Below are positions 1 through 13,569 of a stretch of DNA of 64,000 bases, piece by piece. Origin of the DNA: Monocercomonoides exilis PA203 (taxonomy: Eukaryota > Protista > Preaxostyla); contig LSRY02000007.1 of the NCBI GenBank assembly GCA_001643675.2, forward strand, positions 1,178,001 through 1,242,000. Direction: 5' to 3'. The position numbers and the translations under genes were made by a program. Below the pieces are notes generated by a model. It was not told the DNA's origin. It saw nothing but the letters and a program-made list of their open reading frames with translations, and did no database searches. The first letter of the stretch is position 1. Every line of letters starts with the position of its first letter.

Positions 1-304
1 ACCAGTCTTGTTGTTGCTTTCTATAACAAATTCGTCCAGTTGATTCATTTTTGTTATATTTATATTCATATTCACATCAACGGATTCGATAAACATTTTT
101 AATTTCATATAATTCAAATTAACTTATAAACATATTTCTATTGAGAAGGAATCAATATTCTTTAATTTGGAGGGATTTGCATTCAACATATAGAATCTCT
201 CATTAATAATGAAAACTCATTTTATGATACAATACATTAATTCGAACAATTCTCTTCTCAACATCAACCAATGAGCAACTCCATGTGCATAATCCTTCTT
301 TTAT

Positions 305-3300
305 TTATTCAACCTCCTCATTGATTATCTCTTCATCTTTTTCTCCATCACATACACATGTTTCAACCTTCACTTCCTTGGATTGTCTTATCTGCATCAT
401 GCTTCCCTTCTCCACCGAATTCGTGCTTTTTCCAAACGAGCAGTTCAGTGATCTCACCTCTTTCTCATCATCTTCCATCCCAATCACACACTTCTCCAAC
501 AGCAGAGTCACATTCTCAACTCCCATCTCTTTCATATCCACTTTCGCTTTTCTCTCAACACTCACAATATCTCCCTCACATTCGATGTTTGAAATAATTG
601 CTTCATCAATAATCACATTCTGTTCTTCATGGAATAAAAGAATTGATCTTGCTGAATGAATATCTCTGAATGTTGTTTCCGATATCTTCAGTTCTCCACT
701 TTCCACGCTCACAATTGAACTGTTCAGCTTCATGTCTTCTGCTGTTGCTGATGAGTAGAACTCGCATTTTTGGATCTCCATTGACCAGTTCTTCACTTTC
801 ATGATGTAGCTGTGAGAAGCCTCAAACGTATCTTCAAACTCGAATGAGCACCTCTCCACAGCGCTTTCGTTTATAAACTCCATGATGCAATCCTTCTCTG
901 CCGATTTCTCAATCTTAGATTTCAGCTTCACAATCGCCTGAGACTTTTTGAATGAATTCACATTCAGATCTCCAATCACTCATTCTTCTGTCACAAACCA
1001 TTCCCCATCAATCAGAATCGCATTCATCACTCCTTCCTGAATGTGATCAACCGCGCAGTTGATGCTGCTGCATGGACTGCTCTGCTCCCCGCATCGTCTG
1101 CCATCCACTCCTCCTGCATTTACAAATACATGAAGGCCTTTTAAGTATGTGATCAGCGGAATCAGATCCATGTTAGCATTTCCTTTTGAATCGCATGCGC
1201 AGATGGAGTTGTCTGAGTCCAATGATTCCTGGTTGTAGTTCAAAGTGAACAGTGTTTCGTTGATCTACTTTTCAATCCAGAAGCATTTGATGAATATATC
1301 ATTCCCTTCATGTTCCTCATTCGAATAAAACATGATGTTCACAATGTTGAAATTCAGATGCGGAATTTGATTATCTTCAGCATCATTCGCATTCGAGTCT
1401 GCTCCATCGATGAACAGCCCTCCTCCTCGCCCTGTCTCAGTTGAGCATTTGCACATCGAAAACGAGCTGTTATTCACCTTCAAAACCGATTCTTCACTCT
1501 TCAGCACCACTTTCATTCCTCCTCCCTCAGTGCTCAAATCGCTCCTGCATGTGGACATTGTGCAGTCCTCGATCGTGCAATCTATCGCATTCTCAAACGA
1601 TCCCAATTCAATGACGCTTGCACTGCTTCCTTCGTTCTTGATGTTTTCAAGCGAACAGTACACAACTTTCAACACAGGTTTGTGCCATTCAAATGAGTAT
1701 TTTCATTTCCATTCATCTGGTTTTCCTCTTCTATCATCGAAATCAGGCTGTTTGCTGTCAAAGTGACTGATGAAATCTTCACATTCTGCATCGTCACTTG
1801 GCTCGCACTTGGGCTGAAAGCGATGAATCCTTTCAATTCGTTGATCTTATTCAATTGGCAGCTCTGAATTGCTGCGCTCCCTCCATTCACTCTCATCACG
1901 CAATATCCTGCGGTCTCTGTCAGCCCTGTCAAAGATCCAAATGAGCAGTCTGTGACAGATAAGAGTGTATTTGTTCCTGACGATTCAATGAATACTTCAT
2001 GATCGGTGGTGATGCTTGGCTTGATGAATGACACATTGACAAATGACAGACTCACATTCGACGATATCATTGCGCCACTGCCGGCTGCATTCCCATCTTC
2101 ATCAGTTATCGTCACCCCAGTCCTTTTCGCCGTTGCTTTAATAACAACTTTTGGCAACTCTGAATCTTGTGAAGCTGGTGGCAATGAAGGAGAAAATGAT
2201 ATGGGATGGCTCAGCAACCATGAATCCCCAATGCTGATCTGGGATTCGCCTTTTCCAAGTGGATTATATCTCAGTGATATCAAGTGGTCAATCGATGAAC
2301 ATGGTGCTTCAGAAAACCCACATCCACTGAAGTCTCCTCCTTTCTCCTTCGACACAAACCCATCCTTGCTCCAGTTTGCCCACAAATACACAACCAATGG
2401 AATCACATATCCCTCCTCTCCTGTTGTCTTCCTTTCCCATCCACACAACTCATCCCATGACTTCTCATCATTAGAACTCAACTCCTCTTTCAGTTTTTCG
2501 TTTGACATAAAGTCGTCCAGCTCATTTCCAGATATGAACACTTTCTTCATTTTCCAAGCATTGCGCCCGCTGAATGTCACTCCTTCAAGCACAAATGATC
2601 CCATCGTATCTGCCAAGCTCACAAACATCCCTCCTCCCATTCCTCTTCCTTACTGTAAGTTGTCTTCTGTTGGCACCTGGCATCCTGTGAATGTTGCGCT
2701 TTTTATCTCCAAACTTCCTCCGTTCTCAACTGAAATCATCATCCCTGCTCCTTTCATCCCACCTCCACCTGTGCATGTTGTTGAAATGTTGCAGTTATCC
2801 ACAACTGCGCTCCCATCTTCATTTATCGCAGCACCAATACAGCCTCTTCCTTCTCCACTCCCGTCTTCTACCGTCACTCCACTCACTCTGCTGTTCTTTA
2901 TGTCCAATTTCTCTCCGTTTGTCATCGTTATTGGAGATTTTCCGTTCGTTGTTAATGTCGTTGCAATTTCCATCGTAACTCCATCGACGATCAGTTCTCC
3001 TCCCTCAATGTTCAGGGTGTTGTATCCAATCTTTTCATTAGCCAATGCATCGCTTGCAAACGAGATAGAACAGCTTGTAATCATGATTGTTGATGAAGAA
3101 GAATGGACGAATGCAGTCCTCCTTCCATTGATAACTTTGTTCATTACAAATGCCAAATTAATCATTTCAAATGTTTTTGTACACTCAATAAGGCGAATTT
3201 GATTTATTTCCCCTCCATCCTTCACCTCGACTTTCATCTTCTTTCCCGCTGTTTCTTCTTTTCCTGTCAAACTCACATCATAAGAAAGTACTTTCATTTC

Positions 3301-5330
3301 ACTTTGTATTGATGATTCAGAAGAAACCTCAACTGCCTGCATGTTTTCCTCAACTCGACTGGTCACACAATAATCAATGGATTTGTTCCCAAACTTCTCA
3401 AATCCACAAGAGCTGTGATCATATGCAATGCTTCCGCTCCCATCAACAGTCAGCTTCGATCCGATTGGGAACAAATACATAAACAGCGGAATCACTTTCT
3501 CATCTTTCTCATCCTCGCTCCCGCAAAACTTCAATTCATTTGATGGAATGGCGCTTTTATCAAAAAATTTAAAAGAGTTTGCATTCACTTTTGTTCCAAG
3601 CAATATCGTTGAATCGCAACAAACAAACATATCCTTCCCATATTGTGCATCATTCAGCGATAAAGATGTCGATGAAAACCTAACATTTTCGGCAATTTCC
3701 ATCTTGCAGTTCGGACTTGCCATCGTCAGCATCATACCTCCGCCTCTTCCTTTGGCTCCTCCTCCTCCGTTGTTCTTCGCCTCGCATGAATCGATTGTAC
3801 TCGTCCCATTCACATCAACACTTCCATCTCCATCAAAGCTCACGCATATCCCTCCTCCTTTTCCAATCTTTTCTGGTTTCCCTTGGCAGTTGCAGTTTGT
3901 CACAGTGCACGTTTCAATCACAACAATCCCAACCTTTCCCTCTCCTTTCCCAAACTGTGTTCCAACTGCTCCTTATATCAGCCCCCCGTCTCCATTTATT
4001 TTTCTAACGTTTGCCACGTTGCATCCTTTGAAATACACAACACTCATCCCTGCCACAAACTCAACCAACGAATGCCCATCAAATGTCAGACCTTCTCTGA
4101 TTTCAAATTGCTCCATTCTCAGTTTTCCGAACAATGCATTTACAAAGCTGTATCCAATCGATTGGCCAACAGCACTGTCTGGAGAACTTACTACCGAGCA
4201 GTCTGTGATATTGAACGATGGCGAGTGTGCAGAAATCATCGCCGATGCGCTGGACAGAGCAGATGGAATGCTAAATTTGATCTTTTTAATCGAGCATCTG
4301 CTTTGCACATCGATCAAGAATTCTGCAGATTCAAAAGCGGCTGGCACCTTCACCTCGATTTCCATTCCTTTTGAGGCACATGAAATCTCCCATTCAAAGG
4401 TATCGGCAATGGCAACCTTTTCGGAAAGCACATATTCTGGATCTAACTCTATATTTTTATATTCCCCTGAAAATCGCGTCTGCGCAGTGCGGGTGATGGT
4501 GGCACACGAATAATAATCAAATCCGTAGAACCACGAGTCGTATCTCCCAAGAACACCATCCTTCATCTTCCCCACATGTGCTACATCTGGATATGAACCC
4601 AAATACACATTCAATGGGAACAGCTCCATTGTTGAATCACTCCGATCATATCCCACCAGCTCATTATATTTTGAATTGTCATGTTGGACATTCAACTTTT
4701 CTGTTGTCATTGCCTATCCAGCAGAATCGCTTCCATTCATAAACAGATGATTCCCTCCCAATGAAGCAAAACAGCCTGAAAAGTCCACAGACACAACTGA
4801 GAAATCGTGCGAGTCATCTGCCAGATGAAGCATAACCCCGCCGCCATATCCACTGCACTTGCATCTGTTGAATTTTGTTGTTTCACTTCCTGGAGCTGAT
4901 GAAGTCCCCACCCGCAACTTGCTTGAAGGTGATAATAAATCAACCTTGATCCCACCTCCACTTCCTTCCTTGCACTCGCAATTTTCGATTGTCACATTCT
5001 TGACCACAAACGTCTCTCCTGCCTTCACACTCTTTGCCACAACCACCCCATCTCCTTCAGTCAACTACACATTCGTCACCTTCACATTCGCCAGCATGCT
5101 ATCTCCAGATACTGTGGCTGTCAGATACAGTGCAGATGACGACAATGACGGCAATGAAGAAGAAGAAGGAGAAGATGGATTCGGCTCAGAGAACAATGAT
5201 TTTGAGACATTCATATTTATGATCTTGACATCAACCATCGACAACAGTGACAGCTGCACCGCAAACATTGAAAACGGTGTCTCATTTTCTGAAGAAACTC
5301 TCGCAGTTATTTCAATAAGCTTTTGTTAAA
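305..5330 (-). pseudogene. Fragmented large Cys/Gly-rich beta-helix-type (adhesin-like) surface protein, multi-copy family
   Basis: Eight consecutive minus ORFs read as one protein. They are separated by in-frame stops (TAG 5065, TAG 4714, TAA 3973, TAA 2650, TAG 1265, TGA 980) and one 1-nt frameshift near 1680. Repeated GRGGG/GGGM motifs and modules such as DFSGCGFSEAPCSSIDH and DGRRCGEQSSPCSSINC are present. The 5' end is lost near 5330. Confidence 0.8.
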
Positions 5331-6270
5331 AAGAGATCCATTCCAATCTACGACTTCCTATCAATTTATACTTTGTTCAAGAATTCATAATGATACGCTT
5401 CTGAAATTTTTTGTTTATCTTTCTATCATTCCAGTCTCCTGTTCTGATGATAAAAGTTGTTATATGCGCATAATTCTTTGAACATCAATATTCGCGTAGA
5501 AGTTATAAATCGAATGAAGCAACATTCCAATAATTCATGATGCTATATGAAACATGCTGATGGCTAAATAACTCATAATTTCATAAATCATAAAAAATGA
5601 AGCTCTCCATTTTTCCAGCTATTTTATATGAATGAGTGGCAAAAGGTAACTCATCTTTTTGCTTTGATCTAATTTCAAAATTTATGTATATCATGATTGC
5701 TGGATATTTGTTTTGTTATACTCCAAACTTCAATTACATAAAAAGAAAAGGAAAAAAAGAACAATGCACACGTTAGAACATATATAAAACACATTCTCAC
5801 AAGGTTTGATCAGAAAAAACGATCTCATCAATGAAAAAATTTGAAATTAAAAATTTTGTCTTCTTAAACATGGGTTTGATCACAATTATTTTAAATTTAT
5901 GGGTTATCGATCAAAATTTTAGAATTTTTTATTTGAAAATTTAATTCTATTGTTTTTTGAATTTTTGAGAAAATACAGAGATAATAAATTATAACAATCA
6001 ATAATATTGCTAAAATTTTATTAAAAACAGTGAAATTCGCAACTAGTACAATTTAGACCTATGCCCATCGATGCTGCAATCAACTATAATGCTATCGTGA
6101 CTACTGTTTTATTCAATCAAAAACACAACTAACTTTTGCAGTCTGATGTATTTCATCAATTCATATGTTTTTACAAATTTGCTCACTTTGCATGTTTGCT
6201 TGTATTAATTACAGAATGTTATTGAGTAGGTGCACCTGACATACACTGTGCAGGTGTAAAAGCACGGAGA

Positions 6271-6577
6271 TTTAACCCAATATTTCCACGCTACAGCACC
6301 AAATTAACTGCTCAATCCACCCAGTACAGGCAAAACAGTTAACGCATTCAACAAAAATATTAACTTTACAATTAACTTTTCCCATCAACTCATCCAACAA
6401 CTTATCATTTTCGATAAGCTTTTTCCTCAATATCTTAATCAATTTCTTCTGTTTTTCAAATACATGTTTATTGTGAGACTTAGTTTCTTACTTATGTTTT
6501 TCCTTAAACTGTTTAATTTGTTTCTAATGAGCCTCTTTAGCTTCTTCGATAGTTGCGAATACCTTCTTCCGACCCAT
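6271..6577 (-). pseudogene. Small basic coiled-coil ORF relic (MGRKKVFATIEEAKEAH*KQIKQFKEKHK*ETK...), possibly from a mobile or viral element
   Basis: Manual translation from ATG 6577 gives about 100 codons interrupted by one TAG and one TAA. It is intronless and lies between pseudogenes. Origin is inference only. Confidence 0.35.
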
Positions 6578-6870
6578 TTACCATAAAACAAAAAACAAAA
6601 TCAATTATTTTTATTTGCGATTTCATCAATTGTCACCACTAATTGTCACCACTATTTGTCACCTGTTATTTCCATCAACGATAACACCAACGTTCAACAC
6701 ATAACACGTTCAACATACAACTCATGTATTTCATCAACGAAAATACCAATTTTCACACAATTTCACCATTAATTTACCTGCTTGAACGGAGACAAAGTCT
6801 CCTGAGCTACTTCGTTGCGAACACCTTTAACAAATCTCCCAGTTAATCTTTTAGCTAATCTTCTCCTTGG

Positions 6871-7120
6871 AGATATGGTGTATCAGCTATAGATACATAT
6901 CGATTACGTCAATCAATAACTCTTTCTTAATAGAACATCACTGAATATTTAATCATTAGAAACCCCTAAGAGCATCAGCAATAACTCTCGATCTCTGTCT
7001 TATTATCATTGCTTATTCCAACTTATTTTGCAAGATGATAACAACCTTCAGATATACATAAATCGATATATTTGATTGATCTTAATCGAGATGGATCTAT
7101 AGCTGAAATTCCATATATCT
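6871..7120. repeat. Imperfect inverted repeat, arms about 46-49 bp (6871-6916 and 7072-7120)
   Basis: agatatggtgtatcagctatagatacatatcgattacgtcaatcaa matches the reverse complement of ttgattgatcttaatcgagatggatctatagctgaaattccatatatct at roughly 80% identity by eye. Confidence 0.65.
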
Positions 7121-7129
7121 GGCACTGGT

Positions 7130-7624
7130 CATGAATTCTGGCGAGGATCTGACTGTAAGGAAGCGAGAAAGAATTGCAGGAAAGATGAGTGAAGGATGTG
7201 AGAAAAAAATGAAGAAGTAAAAAGAGTGTGGAAACAAGCAAAACATGTGAATGAGTGAGATTGAGCATGCACAGCAGATGGAAGAGAAGGGAAGGCAAGA
7301 AGAAAAGAAAGTGAAGGACTATGAATGGAGGCGTGTAGAGGAAGAGGCATCGGTGCGGGAAAAGGAGGAGGATAGAAGAAGATCTAATAGCAGCATTGGC
7401 AGTGCTGTGCCAAGAAGAAGGAGCGGTGATTGTGCTGGTGTGGAAGTGTGGAAGGAGGTGCGGGAAGAAAGGAAGGAACTGTTGGAGTTAAGAGTGAGAA
7501 GAAAGAGAGAGAAGTGGTGGAGAGAAAGCGAAAGAAGATCGGGAAGAGCTGAAAGAGAAGAGGAGCTGATTGGAGAGGCGATAAGGAGCCAAAAGAGGCA
7601 GATCACCGGAAAATAAGAATTCAT
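7130..7624 (-). pseudogene. Possible 5' fragment of a secreted Ser/Leu-rich protein
   Basis: ATG 7624 begins the signal-peptide-like MNSYFPVICLFWLLIASP. The segment is GC-richer than its flanks and the frame stops at 7319. Confidence 0.3.
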
Positions 7625-8800
7625 GAGGGTGATGTGAATGAAAAAGGATACCAAAGGTCTATAGAAGAATGGGACGTGTATGTTCCCACCATTATTGTTA
7701 TTATTGATTAAATAATAATTGAAATTACTATGGCTGTGGTTGCTGATATTTTTGTTCTGCAGAATTTTTTCGAAATAATTTCTGACCACTTTTTCAAGCA
7801 ATTTTTGTTTGCTATTAAAAATAGATATTTGTTGGATCAAAGATTTTCTCTCGCTCTTCAGTTTTTGTTTTTGTTGTTTTTGTGCTGGGAGTTGAAGAAA
7901 GTTTGATGTGTTTTCGCATGCTTAGCATGCTTTTTTGCCTTTTGCAAAGAGAAAAAAAGGAAAAAATGAAACAATCTTTAATTTTTTTGAATTAATTGTT
8001 TTATTTAACTAAAACACATAAAAAAGATTTTTTTATCATATTTTTTGAAACTTATTCCTTGATTCAATTAAATTCGAAAATTACCAGAATAAAAATTTTT
8101 CTTTTAAAAATTAACTATTTTTAATAAAAAAGAATTAATTTTTTTTTTTTCAAAAGACATAAAACATTTTGGAAAATTAAAAAAATAACAATTGAAGAGA
8201 AAATCTTTTACATGAAAAAATACAATCAGGTTTTTTTCTTTTAAAAAAATTTGTGTTCATTAAATCGTAAATTTGAAAACAATTCTTCTGAAACATAAAC
8301 AAACAAATTGAGTGATCTCGTTGTTTATTTGGGAAAATTATGAAACTTCAATCTTTTTCATTGACAAATTTTGCACTTCAGATTCACTTTTTGTGAACAA
8401 AATTTTTCAAAAATACTGGTTCATTTTTTGAAATATTTGTGAGGCTACAAAACATTATGTTGTGTTATCAATGATATCTGTTTATAGATTTGAAAATCAA
8501 ATTTATTTTGAAATCTGAAAGAGTTTAGTGAAGTTTTGAGTGAAACAATTTTTTGTGCTTTGTGCAAAAAAAGCTTGAAAGTTCATATTTTCCCCCAGTT
8601 CTTAAAAAAAAAAAATAATTTTTCATGCATCGGAATTTTTGGAACAAAAAAAGAAAATTAAATAATTCTCAAATGTCAAACTCAACATTTCACAATCAAG
8701 ACTCATCCATTGTCTTTCGTGCACAACAGAACATATTTCGAATGTTTTTAAGATATAGAAACGATGAAAACTTTTAAAAATCGTATTTTGAAAATTAACA

Positions 8801-8830
8801 TATAGCGTGGTCCTTTTTATTTTGCACAAA
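8801..8830 (+). repeat. Left mariner-type terminal inverted repeat (includes TA)
   Basis: tatagcgtggtcctttttattttgcacaaa matches the reverse complement of 14601-14630 at 25/30 positions and begins with TA. Confidence 0.7.
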
Positions 8831-9026
8831 GAATTAAAAGTGACTTCATAAAAAATAAATTATTATACATTTTTTGATATTACATAGTTCTGCACTTTTA
8901 TTGGTATGAACACTGAACAAATTTCTGAAGAACTTCAACTTGCTTAAGGTTTGAAGCTTCCAGATTAGGCCTTTGCGACAAGGTAATTTTTAGCAACCTA
9001 TGTCGGTCGAAAGGATAAACCAGTGT

Positions 9027-9030
<4 letters not shown>

Positions 9031-9082
<52 letters not shown>
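9031..9082. repeat. Poly(T) homopolymer, 52 nt
   Basis: Direct count. Confidence 0.95.
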
Positions 9083-9083
<1 letters not shown>

Positions 9084-9439
9084 GATTCTATTCAATACTA
9101 CCAAATTTCAAAAAATTGATAATTAATTTTCAATAATTATTATCTAAAAATTTTTTCGTTTTTATATCTTTGTGGATGATTATTTTTGAAATCATAACTT
9201 TTTTCGGGTTGCAGATTTTTCAAATTTTGCTTGTCATTGGGAAGAGCTTTTGAATTCAAATGCTTTTTTCATCGCAACTATTCCAAAAACAAATGTTTTG
9301 GCACAAATAAAGATGCAGATGTCTCAAACATACCATTTCACTTTTTTTTGTGTTCATTTATTAATATTCAAGGGAAATTTATAAACCGAAAATTTTGAAT
9401 GAAAAAAAATGATTTCAAAAATAATCACCCACATTTTAT

Positions 9440-12400
9440 TGATTGAAGAAGATCTGTGCGACACGACTTGCCAGTTTTTCTCTCTGTCGGTCACCAAAAA
9501 AAAAATAAATAAATAAAATAAAACGGATTTATCAATATGAAGATGATATAGAAACATATAAAATCCATAATCAAATATAAACCAATAAATAAATACAATT
9601 TAAAAAGAAACTTTCAATTTCTTGATATCATAGAAATGTGATTCACTTTTTTCTGAAATATTGAAAAAAACAATACTGCTGTGTTGTCTGCATTCATTCC
9701 ATGAAGTCTGATCCTGTTCTTTTACATCCTGAAATGGTCTTTCAAAAACATTGCAAATCGGCAGAATCCAGTAGCCAACAATTGAACTGTTTTAGAACAC
9801 GAAAAAGACAATCTGAAGATGAGAAGCAGTTGTTGAATTAATGAAAAAGTCAACTTTTTTTCAATAAAGAAGATAAAAGAGGTTTTACCACTGGATTAGC
9901 ACTTGACGAAGAAAAATATGTGGAGGCGGCTTGTAGAAAAGATGATTTCAATGAATCGAACAAGCTGTAAACAAACAAAACAAACAAAAGATGAAAATGT
10001 CAAAATTTTTTTAAAAAGTTCCATTTGTTAAATTTTCAAAAAATAAAAAATTTCATATTTCTATCTAATTTCTGTTTCCACTCACCAAATTTTGCTGTCA
10101 TTGAAATAAATCCTTGTTAAAGTTATTTTATCCGTTTGGGTGTGATTTCGTGAGAGAAAACAGAAATATGATGAAAATATGAAATATTTAATTTTTGGAA
10201 AATTGAACAAATGGAACTTTTCAAAAAAATTTTGAAAAATCAAAAAAAGTTCTGGAAACCGAAAGAAAAGTGAAAACAGAGCTGGCATGCTTAAGCATTT
10301 TGTGCTAAACGGTATTGCTGTCCAGCAGATCAACTGCTTAAAACATAATTTATTTGTCCTTTGGAACTTAAATAGTGATCTGATATGTTTAATAGATAGA
10401 ACAGATAAGGCACAGGAGGTATTATATTTTATGATGATGAAACAGCTTTCGTCCTGAATGATGTGTGTACGTCTGAAAGAGGATGAAGACGGATATTCAT
10501 CAGCTCGGTCATGTCACTCCTGTTCCTCACGTGTCCATCATAATTTGATGTATCTTCGCAGTGGCCAACGTGTGCACTGTTAAGAAGATGTTTATAATGA
10601 ACGATGAAAGATCTCCCATTGAAGACTGAATGATAAAGTAGATTCTCAAAAGCCCGATGCTCTCGTTCAGGAGACAGTTGCCTTGAAACATTCGGTTCAA
10701 TTTGTTATAATCACATTTCAGTCAGAAAATAATTAGTGGACCGAAAAGAAGAAGGATGAACACGAGAATGATAGGATTGTGGTGGATGTGATAATGATGA
10801 AGATAAACTGAAAAGTGAAACCTGGGAAGGTAACGAAAACAGGAGCGGATACTGCATTGAAACTGTTATCGAAAGCTGATTGCTCTGATACGAAGGGTTG
10901 TGATAAACCAACCGGTTATCTCTAACTTGAACATAACTTCTTTAATCTCTTCTTCTTCCTCTCCCTCTTTCCAATATGCTCTCTCCATAATTTTCGTCTC
11001 TTGCATGATTCTCCTCTTTGACTATCTCTCACTTTTCTCTCTCTGAATGCTCACTTCCATCTCTCCACTTCTGTCCCAGCAAAGCCTGGCAGAGTGTAAC
11101 CCAGCGCAAAGTAAATATCTGAAAATAGAAGTCAGGCCTTCTTGTTATTTCGACCGAATGCGATCCGGAAAGTTCTTCAAAAAAATCTATGGTGAATCAC
11201 TGATTTCGTTCTCAAAGGATGTTATTTCTTCTGTTCGAGTTAGCTGCACAGGCTTTTGTGGTTATTCTTGTTCTGTCATAATGCTTCTCAATGTCTTTTC
11301 ACTTCACCATTTCTGAGAGAAATTTGTGAAGGTGATCTCTCCGTAGATAAAATCTTCCAGGTTGTCGGTTCAAGTGCTTTTGAGAAAAACTTTGGGAAGT
11401 TGGGCGATGTGAACAAGGGGAAGCTGCGAGAGAGGAAAAGAGGATGTGCATACGGAATTATTGGAGACGAACAGCTGGATCTTGAATAATGAAAGGAATG
11501 AAAATAAAAAGGAAATAAAAAATTTTGAAAGGCAAAAATGTCATAAAAAAAGAATCCAAACTTGAAAAATTTAATTTTGCTTTCAATCACTTTCACCGAA
11601 TGGACTGCTTTTGATTAAGAAAAAATGGAACAAGTGCGCTATCTTCCAATTTGCTTTCTGTTTCAGTTTAAACTTCAGCTCTTATCTTTATCGTTGCTTT
11701 TCTAAAAAATAAAAAGGGAGTTTTCACTCAAGCAGGAAGAAGAAAAAACTGGCTTTCCGGTATCATCAATTCGAAGAAGAAGAGTGTTGGGAAGAATTGA
11801 GCGGGAGATTCAGATTCTGGTATTTCAATGGGAATGGGGTAGTGATATTCTTGTGGGAGAGTGCCAGGGGGAGGTGAATTGTCTTCCTTCATGAAGAGGG
11901 CAGTAGAGGGGGTTTCAACAGAAAAGGGGAAGATTGCCTTATCAGCTGTTGATAAGATGGCCGAAGACAAAGCAGTTTTTAAAGGGCTTGTCGCTTTCTC
12001 GGAGTTTGGATAGTATTCTTTAAGAGACAGCCATGGAATGTCTGAAGAAATCATTAGCCACTTTGCGGGAGAGGAAGTCGAAGCATTCAGACTCACCTAT
12101 TTTGGATCGACAATATTCGGGGGAGGAGATTGAATGCCGCTTTTGGATGCGCAATGTGCGGAATCGAAGACAAATTGGTGGGGAATACCTGAGGAGAAAA
12201 GAAGTGAATGTTTGGAAAGAAAAATAAAAGTCTAACAGAATAAACAGAAAATTTCTTGAGGTAAATAGAATAATCAGATTGTTTTTAATATTTTAAAGGA
12301 ATGAGCGATATTAATATAAAAAAATAACAGCTTTCCATTTAAATGATATCTAAGAATTGGCTTTGTATTTAATGAAAGTTTGACTTTTTTCTTCTTCCAA

Positions 12401-13070
12401 TTCCATTGCTTTTAAGAAGATGAAGCATTAACTAAATCTTCTTTATTATTTTTTTCTTCTTCTTCACTTTCGCCTTTATCTTTTCTTCTTTTTCTTTTCT
12501 TTTCCTCAAAGCCAGATACTGATTCAAACGATGGGGGAAAAGACGAATGAGATGTTGGATCATAATCTATAGGCGGATTGAGAAGAGGGAATTTCTAAGA
12601 AATCTTTGATTGCAATTGTTTTATTTTCTTATCTGTTGAAGCATTTGAAATGATATGCTGCTTGAGGATGAAGATGAAGAGAAAGAGAAGGAGAAGAAGA
12701 AAGACAGCTGATAGATTATTTCCAATAATATTTTTCTTTTTCTTTTTTCTTCAGTTTTCAACGCTAGCTCTTCTTTCTTTTTCTTTATCCTTTGCAGCTT
12801 CTTTCTCTTTCTCTTATTTTCTGTTTTTTAATTGAACACTGCGTATCTCGGTGATATCGCTTCTTCTTTCAATTTCTGCTCGGATAAGGAATTATTCCTT
12901 TTGAAGCTTCGACAGTTATGTTTTGATTATCACAAATTATTTTCATTCTTCATCGTTATCAGAAACAATTCCATTTCATAACTTTTCCTATTAATCGTAT
13001 ATAAATATTATCACAAAGATATTTATCACACATTTCTTTTGTCTTCCTCGGCTATAACCAAAAATATCGT
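9440..13070 (-). pseudogene. Degenerate multi-exon gene of unknown function
   Basis: GC-richer blocks are bounded by minus-strand AG/GT sites, e.g. about 9892-9965 LFDSLKSSFLQAASTYFSSSSANPV and about 10260-10337. A K/E-rich segment near 12400-12900 has several stops. No continuous ORF; boundaries approximate. Confidence 0.4.
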
Positions 13071-13569
13071 GTTTGTTCTTAAAATTCAAAGCGTATTATT
13101 AATATGAAACACTAAAAAAAAACTTTTTTCAAGTATATGCATTCTTTTTGGTGATTCATAAAAACAGATGAAATATATAACAAAAATTCGTTTGAACCAA
13201 TTATGATTTGATATAAAATATGTAAAACATGTTATTTCTATTGATTCACTAAACATTTTATTCAAAATCAAAAATTGTTTTCGTCATCGAATCGTCTTTG
13301 AAATAATTCCTGTTATGAAAAAAAATCAAAGAAAATATACACATTCGACTGACTGATCTTTCAACATACTGATCTTTGTCGTTTGATTGCTCTTAATTAT
13401 GATCTGTCAATAACCCATTTTAACACCATTTATTTTATTTTTTTATGAAAATAATAATAGAAATAAATAATAGTTACATATCAAATACTGTTTGTTTTTT
13501 TGATTGAAAAAAATTTAAAGAATTAAAAAAAATGAGTTAGAAATAAAAAATTAAAGCTAAAATTTAATA

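Noticed and set aside
2006-4513. Long plus-strand ORFs of 398 and 361 aa
   Set aside because: Codon-aligned antisense shadows of the minus-strand surface-protein pseudogene; no independent motifs.
8898-9104. Poly-Lys ORF, or retroposon poly(A) tail
   Set aside because: The ORF is an artefact of the 52-nt T run. No target-site duplication or retroelement body could be identified.
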